Below, one piece after another: positions 26,631 through 42,097 of a stretch of DNA of 64,000 nt. The position numbers were made by a program, and so were the translations under genes. Position 1 is the first letter of the stretch. The number at the start of each line of letters is the position of its first letter. This DNA comes from Octopus vulgaris (lineage: Eukaryota). The notes below the pieces were generated by a model that made no database searches, had not been told where the DNA came from, and saw only the letters and a list, made by a program, of their open reading frames with translations. The DNA lies in NCBI GenBank assembly GCA_951406725.2, contig OX597839.1, positions 12,152,001-12,216,000 of the forward strand, in the 5' to 3' direction.

Positions 26631-27374
26631 GAGGCGGGATAGCGATAAAGTAATAGATAGATATGTAGGTAGATAGATAGAGCGATAAATAGATAAATAG
26701 CTAGATAGATGAGAAAATGGGGAAGCAGAAAAGATTGCAGGAGATAGAGAGCGAAAGAGAAAATGGGACAAAAGGCGAAAGGAAGAAGAACGATATTTTT
26801 CTGAGAACATTGTTTTATTGTTACCGATTAACAAGGTTTTACTTTTACCGAAATATATTGAAATATATTGAATAGAACAGAAAAACGGCAGGCATACATG
26901 GTCTTCGATGTATCAAGATAAATAGTGATGAAATGAAATATTCCGCGTTAGAAAATTGTCGTCTGCTTCTAATGATTTTTGTTATTTGTTTTGCATGCCT
27001 TTCTCTCGTTTTTATCTATCTTACAATAGCTACCCGCTAGCAAGCTAGCCAGCTTGCTTACTTGCTTTTGCTAGCTTCGAAGCTATCATGCCTTGACTCT
27101 GTATGTCTCGTTCCAACTAAAACTGTTCACAGCTAATTGAAGTGTGACAAAGACTGCAATTTTACGTCTGTGTCATGTGTTTTTTTTTTTACTTAATGAA
27201 GAGCCAGCGGCGAAGTAAGAGCGATGGCCGTTACAAGGGGAATCGTATTTATTTCTCTTCATTTACTGAAGAATAAACGAAATAAATGATGTTAAAAAAA
27301 AGGCATTAATCTGCGTTAATTGACACTACTCAATATATTATTTTTACTCTTTTCTTTTTATTTTCCTTGCTACC

Positions 27375-27417
<43 letters not shown>

Positions 27418-27419
27418 GT

Positions 27420-27769
<350 letters not shown>

Positions 27770-28119
27770 GTCGCTTTTATATTTTCATACAGTTATCATT
27801 AATGAATGTATTAGAGTTGTCATTGTTGTCTTAGTAGTAGTAGTAGTTGTTGTTGCTATTGTTGTTAGTGTTTCATTGTTGTAGCCGTTATAATTATCGC
27901 AATTACCGTAATTGCAATTTAAAGTTGCTGCTGCTGCTGCTGTTGACGTTATTGTTGTGTAGCCTCCGGTGGGAATATACTCAGAAAAACAAATCTATGA
28001 ACAATGCCATTCCAACCATGACTATCCCGTTTGTTTTGGTGAGAATAGGATTACTGAGTATAGATTTATAGGACTTGTATTATCTGATTTGTGTCTGTCC
28101 CTTCGTTGTCACTATTATT

Positions 28120-28290
28120 AGTCTGCAGCCATGATGCAGCACCGCCTTGGAGAATTTTTAGTCAAATGAATCAACACCAGTCATTTAAAACCTGATATTT
28201 ATTCTATTAGACCCTTTTGTCGAACCGCTATTTTATAGGATTGTAAACATTAATACCAGTTGCCAAGTGGTGTTGGGGCACAAACACACA
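28120..28290 (-). mobile_element. SINE family B, 3' half, diverged
   Basis: ctgcagccatgatgcagcaccgcc..ttattctat..cgaaccgcta. Confidence 0.75.
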
Positions 28291-28686
28291 CACAAAGATA
28301 CACACACACACACACACATAGTCTTGGTTTCTTATTATTATTTACCAAAACATAAAACATCGTTTTATTATTATTGAAATAGTAAGAATTTTGAAAAAGT
28401 CCATTTACAGTGGATGTATAAGAGAATTTATTGTAAAAAATCTTTAACCAACATCTTAAAGGGATTTTAGAAATTGAAAAGCAAACTAAAAAGTAACCTA
28501 AAATAATTGCCCTTTCAGTTGTAGATCAAACTAGCACACACACACACATATATATATATGTATATATATCATAGAAAGAGCACAACAAGCGGAAACCGTG
28601 AAAACACAAAATGCAGAAAAAAGGACGATAACACGGCAACGGCAAACAGAACAAAACAAGATACTTACTAGACAGCCACTCCTACG

Positions 28687-28781
<95 letters not shown>

Positions 28782-28782
28782 A

Positions 28783-29396
28783 TTTGAGGAAGTGCTGAAC
28801 AGTTCCTGGCTTTAAGGGATTGCGAAAGCTTCCGTTGGACGCTCAACTTTCCGAGTTCTTTTACAGGGCTTAGAAAAACTGAAGTACCGCTGCAGTGAGT
28901 GTGTGAATCTAAGAGGAGAATATCTTTATATATAAAAGAGAAGTTGTGTGTCTGTCTCCTACGATTTAGATTCCTAACTACTCCCACATTTTGCGGTGCA
29001 GTTTAACCAAAACCGGGTATCTTATAGTCGTGATTCATATCGAGCCCTTCTGGGTATTAGCGCGCGTCTACGATGAGTCTACGATTTAAAAAAAAATTAC
29101 CATCATTTTTTTCCATTTTAATGCATTTTTTCGCTATTATATAATTGAAGTAACTCTCTAAAAATGTCTACAATGAGTCAACGATTTAAAAAAAATTTAC
29201 CAACATTTGTGTTCCATTTTTTATGCATTATTTTGCTATTTTTTGGCTATAACTCTCTAAAAATGCTTATATAGTTATTTCCCTTACAAACCCGAGCAAC
29301 GCCGGGCGATACTGCTAGTGTTGAATAAAATCATAATTAACTGATACTCATGTATTTTCTTTTACCCAAAGCCAGGAACTTTCCAGCAGAACCTCG
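28783..29396 (+). mobile_element. Mariner-derived non-autonomous element split by a Helitron
   Basis: TIRs gaggaagtgctgaacagttcctggcttt / aaagccaggaactttccagcagaacctc; internal FLQGLEKLKYRCSECVNLRGEYVE* (mariner C-terminus) is restored when 28923-29318 is removed. Confidence 0.8.
28923..29318 (+). mobile_element. Non-autonomous Helitron
   Basis: A|TC...CTAG|T, subterminal hairpin cccgagcaacgccggg, no TSD; internal duplication of about 100 bp. Confidence 0.9.
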
Positions 29397-29567
29397 TCCG
29401 TGTATGAATATTCTTCATGTTGAATGTCTTGTTTCTCTGTTTGTTTTCTGTTTTTGTTTTTATGTTTTCGTTTCTCATTGTGTTGAACGTTTTTTTGATG
29501 TCCTGTACCCATATATGCATGTATATATACATATATATGTAGGTATGTACATATATGTATGTATATA

Positions 29568-29956
29568 TGCAGTGGATGTGTGATAAGTAGCTTGCTTACC
29601 AACCATATGGTTCCGGGTACAGTCCCACTGCGTGGCACCTTGGTCAAGTGTCTTCTACTATAGCCTCGGGTCGACCAAAGCCTTGTGAGTGGTTTTGGTA
29701 GACGGAAGCTGAAAGAAGCCCGTCGTATATATGTATGTATGTGTGTGTATATGTTTGTGTGTCTGTGTTTGTGCCCCTAGCATTGCTTGACAACTGATGC
29801 TGGTGTATTTATGTCTCCGTCACTTAGCTGTTTGGCAAAAGAGAACCGATAGAATAAGTACTGGGCTTACAAAGAATAAGTCCATGGGTCGATTTGCTTG
29901 ACTATAGGCGGTGCTCCGGCATGGCCGCAGTCAAATGACTGAAACAAGTAAAAGAG
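29568..29956 (+). mobile_element. SINE family B, near full length
   Basis: Colinear with 42457-42835. Confidence 0.9.
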
Positions 29957-29960
29957 AGAG

Positions 29961-30000
<40 letters not shown>

Positions 30001-30002
<2 letters not shown>

Positions 30003-30205
30003 GCTCAGTGGTTAGGGTGTAGGTGTCCTGATCGTGAGATTGTGGTTTCGATTCCTGGACCGGCTGATGCGTTGTTCTTGAGCAAAGCACTTCGTTCACG
30101 TTACTCCAGTCCACTCAGCTGGTAAAAATGAGTAATCCTGTGATAGATCAGCGTCTCACCTTGGAAGGAATATATACACCAGATAAACCTTGAAACTAGC
30201 CCTAT
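30001..30205 (+). mobile_element. tRNA-derived SINE family C
   Basis: ggctcagtggttag..ttcgattcc..ccagtccactcagctggtaaaaatgagtaatcctg. Confidence 0.85.
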
Positions 30206-30345
30206 GCTCCCTTGCGCACGCATAGTCATGTAAACGTAGGTACGTATTTTCATAATTAAAAACGTAGAAGTCTACACATGAAATGGCATACAAGACCGCG
30301 CACATATGCACATGAATAACTAGCTGGTGTCTACATTATAATAAA

Positions 30346-30524
30346 AGCAGGCGTGGTAAGAAGTCTGATTCGCAACCTCATGGTTCCGGGTTCCGTCCCA
30401 CCGCGTGAAACATTGGGCAAATGTCTCCTGCTACAGCCCCGGATCGACCAAAGCCTTCTGAATGGATTTGGCAGACGGAAACTGAAAGAAAGCCGTCGTA
30501 TATATGTGTGCATGTGTGTGTGCA

Positions 30525-30555
<31 letters not shown>

Positions 30556-30775
30556 TTGTGCATGCGTACGTGTGTTTGCCCCCGTCACTGCTTGACAAAC
30601 GGTGTTGGTTTGTTTACGTCACTGTAACAGCGGTTCGACAAAAGAGTCAAGTAGAATAAGTACCAGGCTTCTATGTAAATGAATAAATAGATAAATAACT
30701 AAACAAATTTATAATAGGATCCAATTCTTCAAGGCGTTGCTCCAGCATAGCCGCAGTCTGAAGCAAGTAAAAGAG
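30346..30775 (+). mobile_element. SINE family B, near full length
   Basis: tggttccgggttc..gacggaaactgaaagaaagccgtcg..gctccagcatagccgcagtc. Confidence 0.85.
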
Positions 30776-31790
30776 AACGAAAAAGAAAAAAGAAAAACAA
30801 AAAAAAAAAACAAACAAACAAAAGATTTCATTAAATAAAAACGTCTTGTTTCTGAGTTAGAAACCGGCGCTTTCTCTTTCTTATTGGTAAGAAAATTTTA
30901 AGCTCAAAATCAAACCGAACATACACACAGAATAAAGAAGCCCTGAAGCTATCCGTTGTAATGGCAATAAATTTTCAGACAAATACAATAAAATAAATAG
31001 CTAAGTTGAGGAATATAAAACCGTTTCAATCAACGAGTTCTTTATCACAACCAACATGTTTATTTTAATGCCAGCTACAAATCCGAATCTTATCGCTGTT
31101 TTATTTCAGTTTATTTCTTCTCCAGGCTCTCTTTACTTTCCCCATTCTGCCCCAAACCCCAGCTCTCGCCATCAACTTACCTCCAACTCTCGTTTTTCCT
31201 CTTTGTACTCTTTCTTTCATTCTCTCTCTCTGTCTGACACTGTCTCTTTTTCTCTGGGGGAAGGAGGAGGAGGGAGTAAGTCTTCAATAGATTTTTACTT
31301 CATAAAGCAAGGCTAAACCGATCGATTATTTTTACCATAATAATCACAACCACCACCACCACCACCACACCATCACAAAGAAAAACTAACCACCACCACT
31401 ACCAATACCACCACCACTAGCATCACAACCACTACCAACACAAGTACTAACACCAACATTAATAGCAGCAGCATCAACACCACCATTTTACTTTCACACA
31501 TGAAGTAATACTGATTAATGTAAGATGTCGTCTGCTATTTGAGTGAAAGCCGCGCCGATGTAATGGATACGATTTAAGTTGGCTGAGCTCAGATTATGTC
31601 TCTTGTGTAATATCAAGTTTATGCAGTTTTTCAATTATCGAGAGATAATACTATATATTATCAATTAAAGCAAGTAATTGAATCTATGTTAAGAGATTGA
31701 CTAAAGGTTACTGGGAGAATTTATACGGACGAAATTGAGAAAGATTTCACTCTCGCTCGTTTGATATATATGTAAGTGTGTGTATGTGTG

Positions 31791-31862
<72 letters not shown>

Positions 31863-32367
31863 CATGTATGTATGTAAATGTGTATATATACATATATGTG
31901 TGTGTTTGTGCATGCGTGTGTGTATACGAGTGTATACATACACACTCATACACATTCATATAAATGCGCGCGTACATACGGACATTTCAACATATATACA
32001 TATATAATTCGCTTTCTCTACCTCACCTTCTCTCTCTCGCTCTCTCTCTCTCTCTCTTTCTCTCTCTCTGTACACACACACACACGCATTCACACACATA
32101 TATATGTGTGCATACCTGTACATATGTGTATATATATATATATATATATCTGTGCATATGTATATAAACACGTGTTTATATATATATATGTGTGTATGTG
32201 TGTGTGTGTGCATGTGTGTATGCGTGTGTATAAATACTTATATATACACATGTGCGTGTACACAAACACACACACGCACACATATAATTCGCTTTCTAAG
32301 TCTCAGTATCTTTCATTTTCTCTTTCTACGAACACATATACATACAGACATAAATGCATGCATACAT

Positions 32368-32455
<88 letters not shown>

Positions 32456-32825
32456 GTTTATATGTGTATGTATATATGCATGCACCTATATACATATACA
32501 TAGGTACATACATGCATGCACACACGTGCACATAGATACATACCCATGTATCAACACACAACACACACACACACAAATATATACGCTCATATATATATAT
32601 ATATATATATATATAACGTGCACATGATAAGGTTTAGGGTAGAGGCGTACAAGATAAACTTACGGTGGTGGGGACAGAAAACACAGCTTTAGCCTCGTTT
32701 TCACAAAGTAGACATAGTTTAACCTGATGGTATTTTATTCTGTGGCTACAAGAAAGATTGACTTATCTAGATGTTGCGATTTTACAGGCTCGTCAGTGAT
32801 CGCTTACTTATATTGCAAATAGAAC

Positions 32826-32884
<59 letters not shown>

Positions 32885-32905
32885 TAATATAATAATAATA
32901 ATAAT

Positions 32906-33113
32906 TCTATGTAATCTCAAGTTTTAAAACAAACATAATTTTCGTATGTTTTTAAAAAATTTTTTTTAGACATTCACTAGTACAACACTAAATACAAAAC
33001 CAAATATATGGCACACTAGGCATAACAACAACATGAACTTCCAACCTGTTGTCTCTTGAGGTCTCTGGGTGAGACTTGAGCCAACTTGTACAAATATAAA
33101 GCAAAAGTCAAAC

Positions 33114-33168
<55 letters not shown>
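32906..33168 (+). mobile_element. R4/Dong-like LINE 3' UTR with (TAA)n tail
   Basis: Begins at ctatgtaa (ORF stop) and is homologous to 33383-33665; (TAA)n on both sides. Confidence 0.7.
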
Positions 33169-33780
<612 letters not shown>

Positions 33781-33789
33781 ACCCTGATG

Positions 33790-34028
33790 CTGTAGTAGCT
33801 CTGATGCAGTACCAGGCAGTGGCTCTCATGGCTTCTGTTCTTAACTGATTGGAAGTGTTATCATGTATATTGTATTGTCTTGATATAAAAGACGGGCTAC
33901 AGCAAACATTCTGCTCAATACCACAGATTTGCTTGTCAGTTGTTTGATTGCAACCAGTTGAGCATGTCCCTTAGTGGCTGACGAATGTACACCTCTGATC
34001 ATGAGAAGTATTGGAGAGCATCATAGCC
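33790..34028 (+). mobile_element. Interspersed repeat family D (unclassified)
   Basis: accagttgagcatgtcccttagtgg recurs inverted at 44385-44540. Confidence 0.7.
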
Positions 34029-34265
34029 TGTATTCAGGGGCTAGATCGCTGCATTGCACAGCAACATCTGTTCAGTTGTCAGAGTGAACGGTCACCTCTC
34101 AAAACCATTCAACATCATGCGCTGGATCCGGTAAGGGTGCCCCCTCTCGTCTCTCTAGTATGTACTGTCTCTCGAACCACTCCTACACAAACTAGAAGCA
34201 GTGAGAGGCATCCCGCATGACCCAGGAAGTAAATGTGTGTCGCCATATGGCGACGACGTCACCGT
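34028..34265 (+). pseudogene. L1/Tx1-clade RT fragment (downstream part, inverted)
   Basis: SVVRVNGHLSKPF..R*GCPLS..EPLL..YGDDVT. Confidence 0.85.
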
Positions 34266-34577
34266 AGCGATCCAGCCCCTGAATACAGACCCGAAACTAG
34301 CTGCCTTGAGGATCGTCACCAGGTTTAGATGGTCGACCCAATCGAAATCTTTACACTGATCTACATTGACCAAGTCCCTACACGTGCCAAGTTCTATAGC
34401 CACTTTCTCAATGATGTATCGCGTGAGGTGGAGATTGTCATGGATAGATCTTTTCAGGATGGCGCATGTCCGTACCTCCCCTACCAGATCCCCGACGATA
34501 AGCACCAACCTCGTAGCTAACACCCTGGTCAAAATTTGAAGTCTGCATTCAGCAGTGTTATGGACAAAAAGTTGTCA
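34266..34577 (-). pseudogene. L1/Tx1-clade RT fragment (upstream part)
   Basis: ITLLNADFK/ILTRVLATRL..RSIHDNL..DQCKDFDWVDH..FG..FRGWIA. Confidence 0.88.
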
Positions 34578-34807
34578 ATACAAACATTACGAGGACAAAA
34601 AGTATATAAGCATATATATATATATATCTGATGTGTGTGTGTGTGTGTTTGTGTGCGTGTGTTTCATATATATATATGTATTCAACTTACAATGAAAGTA
34701 AACCAAGTTTGCTTTACAGGTGTTGGGATGTATCGAAAGATACAGAAATAATTTATTCTCAACGCTTCTAAAGCAAACTTTATCGCTCCCTCTCTCTATA
34801 TATACAC

Positions 34808-34900
<93 letters not shown>

Positions 34901-35046
34901 TATATATATATATATATATGCATATATATATATATATATATATATGCATATATATATACATATGCATATATATATATATATATATGCATATATATATGTA
35001 TATACATATATAACTATATATACACATACATATAAAATATATATGC

Positions 35047-35085
<39 letters not shown>

Positions 35086-35277
35086 TATATATATATATAT
35101 GCATATATATATGTATATACATATATTACTATATATACACATACATATAAATATATATGCATGTATATATATATATATATATATATATATTTGGTGTATA
35201 AAAGTGTAACACAAAGACGAGGTAAATATATACACTGAGTGAATTACGTTGGTGTTCAGGAAATGGTGAAAGAGAAT

Positions 35278-35316
35278 TCTTGAACGCTTCGAGTATTTGC
35301 TCTTCTTCCGAAAGAA
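35278..35316 (-). ncRNA. Degenerate hammerhead-like motif in a pLTR-like repeat (about 35192-35500)
   Basis: cttt CGGAAGA a gagc-aaat-actc GAAG cgtt caag; same family as 39144. Confidence 0.45.
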
Positions 35317-35642
35317 ATGATAGAGAAAAAGAAGAAAAAATGGCGTAGGATAAATGACAAAAGAGGAACATTCGAATGTAGAACGCGGAGGGTATGCTGA
35401 AATGACCGGAAGTGGTAAGATGAGGTCGCTTAGTATTTGAGTGGCATGGGAGACAACTATGAGACTTACATACGTGGGAGGCCACTATGAGACATACATA
35501 AGTGTATGCGTGTACATAAACGAGGAAATACATTATGTACCTCCTTCTATGTATCTATATATACATACATACATACCAACATACATATATATATATATAC
35601 ATGCATTCATGTATATACATATAAAATGTATGTATGAGAAAA

Positions 35643-35685
<43 letters not shown>

Positions 35686-35686
35686 G

Positions 35687-35733
<47 letters not shown>

Positions 35734-35746
35734 GTATATATATATG

Positions 35747-35797
<51 letters not shown>

Positions 35798-36285
35798 AAA
35801 CATATATAGAGGTATATGTCCGTATATGTGTGTGTATGTTTGTGTGTGTACTAAGGAAGAGAAATATAAATTCTATTTAATACAGAAGAAACAAAAAAAA
35901 ACCCCAGAAAAACAACGACAAAAAACAGTCAATAAACTAATGCGACATGAATGAAATGAAAATATATATTATAAACAAAACAGAATATATTAAATATATA
36001 CAATTTATATAAAAGGAAATGTAACGAAAGGAAATCTGAGGTAAAATGCAAAATGTCTGCCAAGAGCAGATGACTGACTGATTGAAAGAAAATAAGTGAA
36101 ACAAGAAAAACAAGCGTTTCTGGCGGCTAAGCAAGCTATAAAGTAAAATAAACACAGCATATCGCTCAACACACTGGAAGCATGAGTCATTCGGATTTAC
36201 ATACGTCTATGTATGTGAATGTGTGTTTGTGTGCGTGAGTGTGTGTGTGTGTGAGCGTGCGTGTGTATATACATACATACATACA

Positions 36286-36378
<93 letters not shown>

Positions 36379-36608
36379 GTATGTATGCATGTATATATGT
36401 ATGTATGACTATGTATGTAGATACTTACACAGACGCATATGTGTATAAATATACACATGCACGTTCATGTGTATGTATATATGTATGTATGTATGCATGC
36501 ATGTATGTATGTATGCATGTATGTATGTCTGCATGTAACTATGTATGGGTACATATTTTTGTTTATATAGTATCTATATAAACACACATTATATACATAC
36601 GTATGCAT

Positions 36609-36659
<51 letters not shown>

Positions 36660-36963
36660 GCATACATTGGACAGTTACACGTATACCCGCACAAACATTT
36701 TATACACGTATATACATACACACACACGCAAATACACACATACACACACAATCAAATATCTATATGATGTATATATATAGAGAAATTGATAGGTAGATAT
36801 GTATATACATACACACACATGTATATATAAATATATATATACATATATACAAATATATACACATATATATCCATAAATACTTACATATACATACACATGC
36901 ATATACATACACACACATATACGTCTATATATGTATATATGTATGCACGTATGTATGTATATA

Positions 36964-37015
<52 letters not shown>

Positions 37016-37443
37016 CATACATTTAGATATATATTTATATGTCTATATAGTGTGTTAACTAACAAAAAAAGAACCTAAAGACAAAAGTAGAATGTACTTA
37101 TGCCTTCATCTTAGTCCTGAGAGTAGACTCCGTTGGTACTCCGAGTCTTGTGAAATCTTCGCTCATCACGCAACAGATGAGTAAATCAAGTATATGCATG
37201 TGTGTATGTATGTGTGTGTGTGTGTGTGTTTGTACCGATGGGAAAAGTGAAACGTGAAAATAAAAATAACTGAATATTACTTTTGAATAAATGAATATAT
37301 ATGAGTGCCGAAATATATTTAAATTACACACACACGCAAACAATCATATATACATGTGTATGTACCTGTGTATATACGTATATGTACATATGCACACACA
37401 CACACACACACTCACACACACATATATATTCATATATATATAC

Positions 37444-37504
<61 letters not shown>

Positions 37505-37513
37505 TACACACAC

Positions 37514-37641
<128 letters not shown>

Positions 37642-37934
37642 CATATACAAATTACATTTGTATGTACATACATAGAATCGTTTTTCTCCGAAAGGAAAAT
37701 GAAAAACATGTTACAATGAATATAAACTCAAAAAAGAAACACCACAAAAAACCCCCAGAAAAAATAGCATAAACACACAAACACATACAGAATCAACGAC
37801 GCACACGTACACACATACACTCAGAGAAACGTATACACACATCCGCAGTTAGATTGCCAGGAACAACTTTTATTCGTTTATAGTTACAACAACTAGAAAC
37901 AACAAACGCAACCATCCACACATTCATTACATTT

Positions 37935-37953
37935 TGCGCCAACAGGGGGCGCA
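37935..37953 (+). promoter_or_regulatory. Putative CTCF site
   Basis: CCAACAGGGGGCGC versus consensus CCASYAGRKGGCRS. Confidence 0.4.
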
Positions 37954-38069
37954 CAATTCAATCATTTTCCACTATTTATATTCTGTTTACAAGCCGTTCT
38001 CTACCGGCACCCTTTCGCCTCCTTGAATATAATATACATACATACGTACACACACACACGAACACACAC

Positions 38070-38125
<56 letters not shown>

Positions 38126-38132
38126 ACATACT

Positions 38133-38191
<59 letters not shown>

Positions 38192-38256
38192 GTATATACA
38201 TACATACATATACATACATACATATATGTATACATTCATACATATATATACGCGTG

Positions 38257-38303
<47 letters not shown>

Positions 38304-38345
38304 CATATACATACATACATATATATACATACATACATATATATA

Positions 38346-38382
<37 letters not shown>

Positions 38383-38905
38383 GCATGTATATAGGTACGT
38401 ACATATATGGCGACGAATGGGAATGTTTTGTTTTTTTAACTTTTTGCTGGAAACTTCGTACATTTTGTTTTTGCTCTTAAGATTTTGTACATACATACAC
38501 TCTTTATATCTTTTTTGTAGCTCGTCATCAACGTCACCTAACCCTCCGTTAGTCCCGCCTTTATTCCGCCCCCTCTCTCTCTCTCTCTCTCTCCCGTTCT
38601 AGCCCTACATTATCAGAAACATATACTTTATATGCAGTAACGTACAATGTAAATCATACCTTCTTTGACTCACGTATTTATATTATATATATATGTTATA
38701 TATATATATATTATATATATGTATATATCATCATATATATATATATATATACATATATATATCATCATATATATATATATATATATAGATAGATACACAC
38801 ACACACATATGCATATATGTACGTATATGTGTGTGATTGTATAAACAAATGTTTTTCAGTGCGATTTTATATCGTATTTATTGCATAATAGTATGCTCTC
38901 TCCTC

Positions 38906-38938
<33 letters not shown>

Positions 38939-39047
38939 ACACACACACATCCACATTGATTGATTGATTGATTTGAAGTTAACTTTCCCTTCGTCGCTAC
39001 ATTATATATATATTCATACACGCGCGCACACACACACACATATATAT

Positions 39048-39242
39048 AGTGAGAGAATTCACAAAAGAGAGACGAAGACAGGTGGTGTAGACAACAAACA
39101 AATGTATTAGTATAACAGTATAACGCTCGGGAAGTGAAAAAGTCTTTAACGTTTCGAGTCTACGCTCTTCCATAGAAAGCAACACAGAAAGAAACAAGGA
39201 GAGAAAATAAAGAATGTGTAGTGGCTAGCGATCTATCATAGC

Positions 39243-39245
<3 letters not shown>
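39048..39245 (-). mobile_element. Short pLTR-like repeat with degenerate hammerhead (39144-39179)
   Basis: cttt CTATGGA a gagc-gtag-actc GAAA cg TT aaag; between TA/CA tracts. Confidence 0.55.
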
Positions 39246-39301
<56 letters not shown>

Positions 39302-40241
39302 TATATATATATATATATACGTACACATATATACATAATTGATGGTGCAGTATCTGGTTTAGTATAGTGATTGCATGTATTAAGTAGTAAAGATTTTGTA
39401 TTCTGTCAGTGTAAAAGAACCGGACATTCCATTGTAACATTTAATACCTCGTGGCGCGGAGGAGGAGAGGAGTATTGTCAAGAGGTGTCGAAATCATGCT
39501 GATCTCCAGTCGGCTCTGACGATGGTCCTCTTCCGATGTAAAAATTTTATGTAAAATACACACACACATTTGTACATTCATCAATATACCCCACTTCATT
39601 TGCTTCCATTGTGTGTGTATCACTAGTTTCAATAATTATTCTAGCTCTACATAATTGAGGTCTAGAATCCGAAAATGTTCGGGAGGAAGAACTGGTGAGG
39701 CTTGCAATAAGGTCGAAAATCCGGCTGAAAAAAATTGTACCTCGACGCTATTGACACGACAATCGCTCACACAAACTGGAACCAGAGAGTTTAGCAACAC
39801 ACCTTCGTAAGCACACACGCTCCATCAATAACTTTAGTGTGGTCCCTGTATCGCTTTTTGAGGTGTTATGACACATTTTCTAATATTTCTAATTTTTCTA
39901 GATAAATGTTTAACTAAAGACTAGAGGTCTCTAACTTGCAAGCGTTTGGATGGCTATTGTTTCTACTGAATTTATCCGCCCTTTGACAGGGTTTTAGTTT
40001 TTCTTTCTACAGGTTGTCCAAAGAAAACCATCCTCTATAACCAAGCAAAATTGGTAGGGTTGTCGGTTTAGTCGCCGATGACCCTATCATGCAGCAGGTT
40101 GCACTGAGTTACATGTTACTAGTAACGCTAAGAGTGACTTGACATGTATGTACGTATGTATGTATGTATGTATGTATGTATGCATACATACATATGGACA
40201 CATACACACACAAGCATATAAATATATCTATATATATTAAA

Positions 40242-40560
40242 AGACTCCGCCGGTTACGACGACGAGGGTCCCAGCTGATACGATCAACGGAACAGCTTGC
40301 TCGTGAAATTAACGTGCAAATGGCTGAGCATTCCACAGACACGTGTACCCTTAACGTAGTTCTCGGGGATAATCAGCGTGACACAGAGAGTGACAAGGCT
40401 GACCCTTTGAAATACAAGTACAACTCATTTTTGCCAGCTGAGTGGACTGGAGCAACGTGAAATAAAGTGTCTTGCTCAAGGACACAACGCGTCGCCGGGA
40501 ATCGAACTCACAACCTTACGATCATGAGCCGAATGCCCTAACCACTAAGCCACGCGCCCT
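40242..40560 (-). mobile_element. tRNA-derived SINE family C, full length
   Basis: TGGCTTAGTGG A box, GAGTTCGATTCC B box, gtccttgagcaagacac core. Confidence 0.92.
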
Positions 40561-40564
40561 CACA

Positions 40565-40926
40565 TCTATATATATATATATAAAGCTGAAGTTGTCTGTG
40601 TATGGCAGGTTTGGTAGCCTTCAACTAACACTATCTCCTCCGAGACCATGCGGTGCAAGTTAACCAAAATTGAGAGTATGATAGAAGAAGGCTTGCTCAT
40701 GTTAAGACCAAAAATTATTTACATGAAGAAGGTGCTTTTTTTCTATGAAAATCACTATTTTTTACGATTTTTTTACTGCTGTGTCGCCATTTTTCGGTGT
40801 ATTTCAACCAGAAAAATATTTACTTAAAGAGAATAAGAAGCTACATAATGCAAAATTTTTACTTTTCAAAAATTCCAATTCTAAAGGGTCAAAACAAACC
40901 CAAGCAACACTGGGCGATACTGCTAG
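40565..40926 (+). mobile_element. Non-autonomous Helitron
   Basis: A|TC...CTAG|T; hairpin cccaagcaacactggg; 5' end similar to 28923. Confidence 0.85.
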
Positions 40927-41240
40927 TTTATATATAAATGGCAATTAGATAAATAGATAGACATATAGATAGATAGACTGATTGATAGATAGATAAAGTA
41001 GATACATAGACAAACAGGCGGATACACCCCCTTACCCCCGACAGATAGATAGATGGATAGATAGATTGGCACGCATTCATTCTTTCTCACATACACACCT
41101 GCACACATACATACATACATACATACACAAAAATAACAAACTTTATATCTATTCAATATTATATACCCGATGACTAATTTATGTATCTCATTACATACAC
41201 ACTATATCTATATACACCCACACATTTACTCAAAAGCCCA

Positions 41241-41303
<63 letters not shown>

Positions 41304-42097
41304 GCACGTACTTCTATACACCTAAATGATCAATAGCGTCTGGACGATGTTTCGTTGGTGATAAGTAAATATTTGAAAGAAAATATTCGCCCTTTGATCT
41401 TTATTTTGTGAAGTTCAACCCAAAGAAACAAACACTCCACCACAACAAGGGATCTTACTGTTGTTGTTGTTGTGGTGGTGGTGGTGATGGGGGGGGGTTT
41501 AGCCCTAGGTCAATCCTTCGGGGCATGCTTATGATGATAAGCATTTCATTCGATACCATCCTCTCATATTAATTAATAGTATTCTTAGAATAGTCTCCTG
41601 GGATTGGATATGATTTTAAACAGCATCCGTCTACTGGGGCCCTGAATCGAGTGTTCCAGGATATTGAAGAGCGTGGAATAACTATTGTCCCCAGGTCTCC
41701 TCTGACCCGGAGTAGTAGCAGCACATGTTAGGGCCCCAATTTTGGTTTAATTAACATAATAGAGCCCACTTACCTACACATATGTGAAGACTATGTCTGG
41801 TTAACTCTGTGGAAGAAGAAACCTTTGTAGTTCAATGAAAGGGAAGGTGGCCGTAGCAATGCATTATGGGATGCAGAGAGCAAGATGAGGCAAGTTAAGA
41901 CATCTTGGTCATCCACTGCTTCTGTCTCCATTTCCCCATCACATTGACTTGCTCTTGCCACTGGATTCAAGATGGTCACGGACAAGAGAGTTAAACAGCC
42001 AGTGCATAATTTTACTTCACTTTAAACAAAGTCACCACTTCGTTTAAATCATCAGCCATCCTTCATTATAACCACCATAGTATTATGCATAGATTAT

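Noticed and set aside
39340-39812. Mariner-like TIR fragments (tacgaaggtgtg, cacgagg)
   Set aside because: No paired TIRs or convincing transposase translation.
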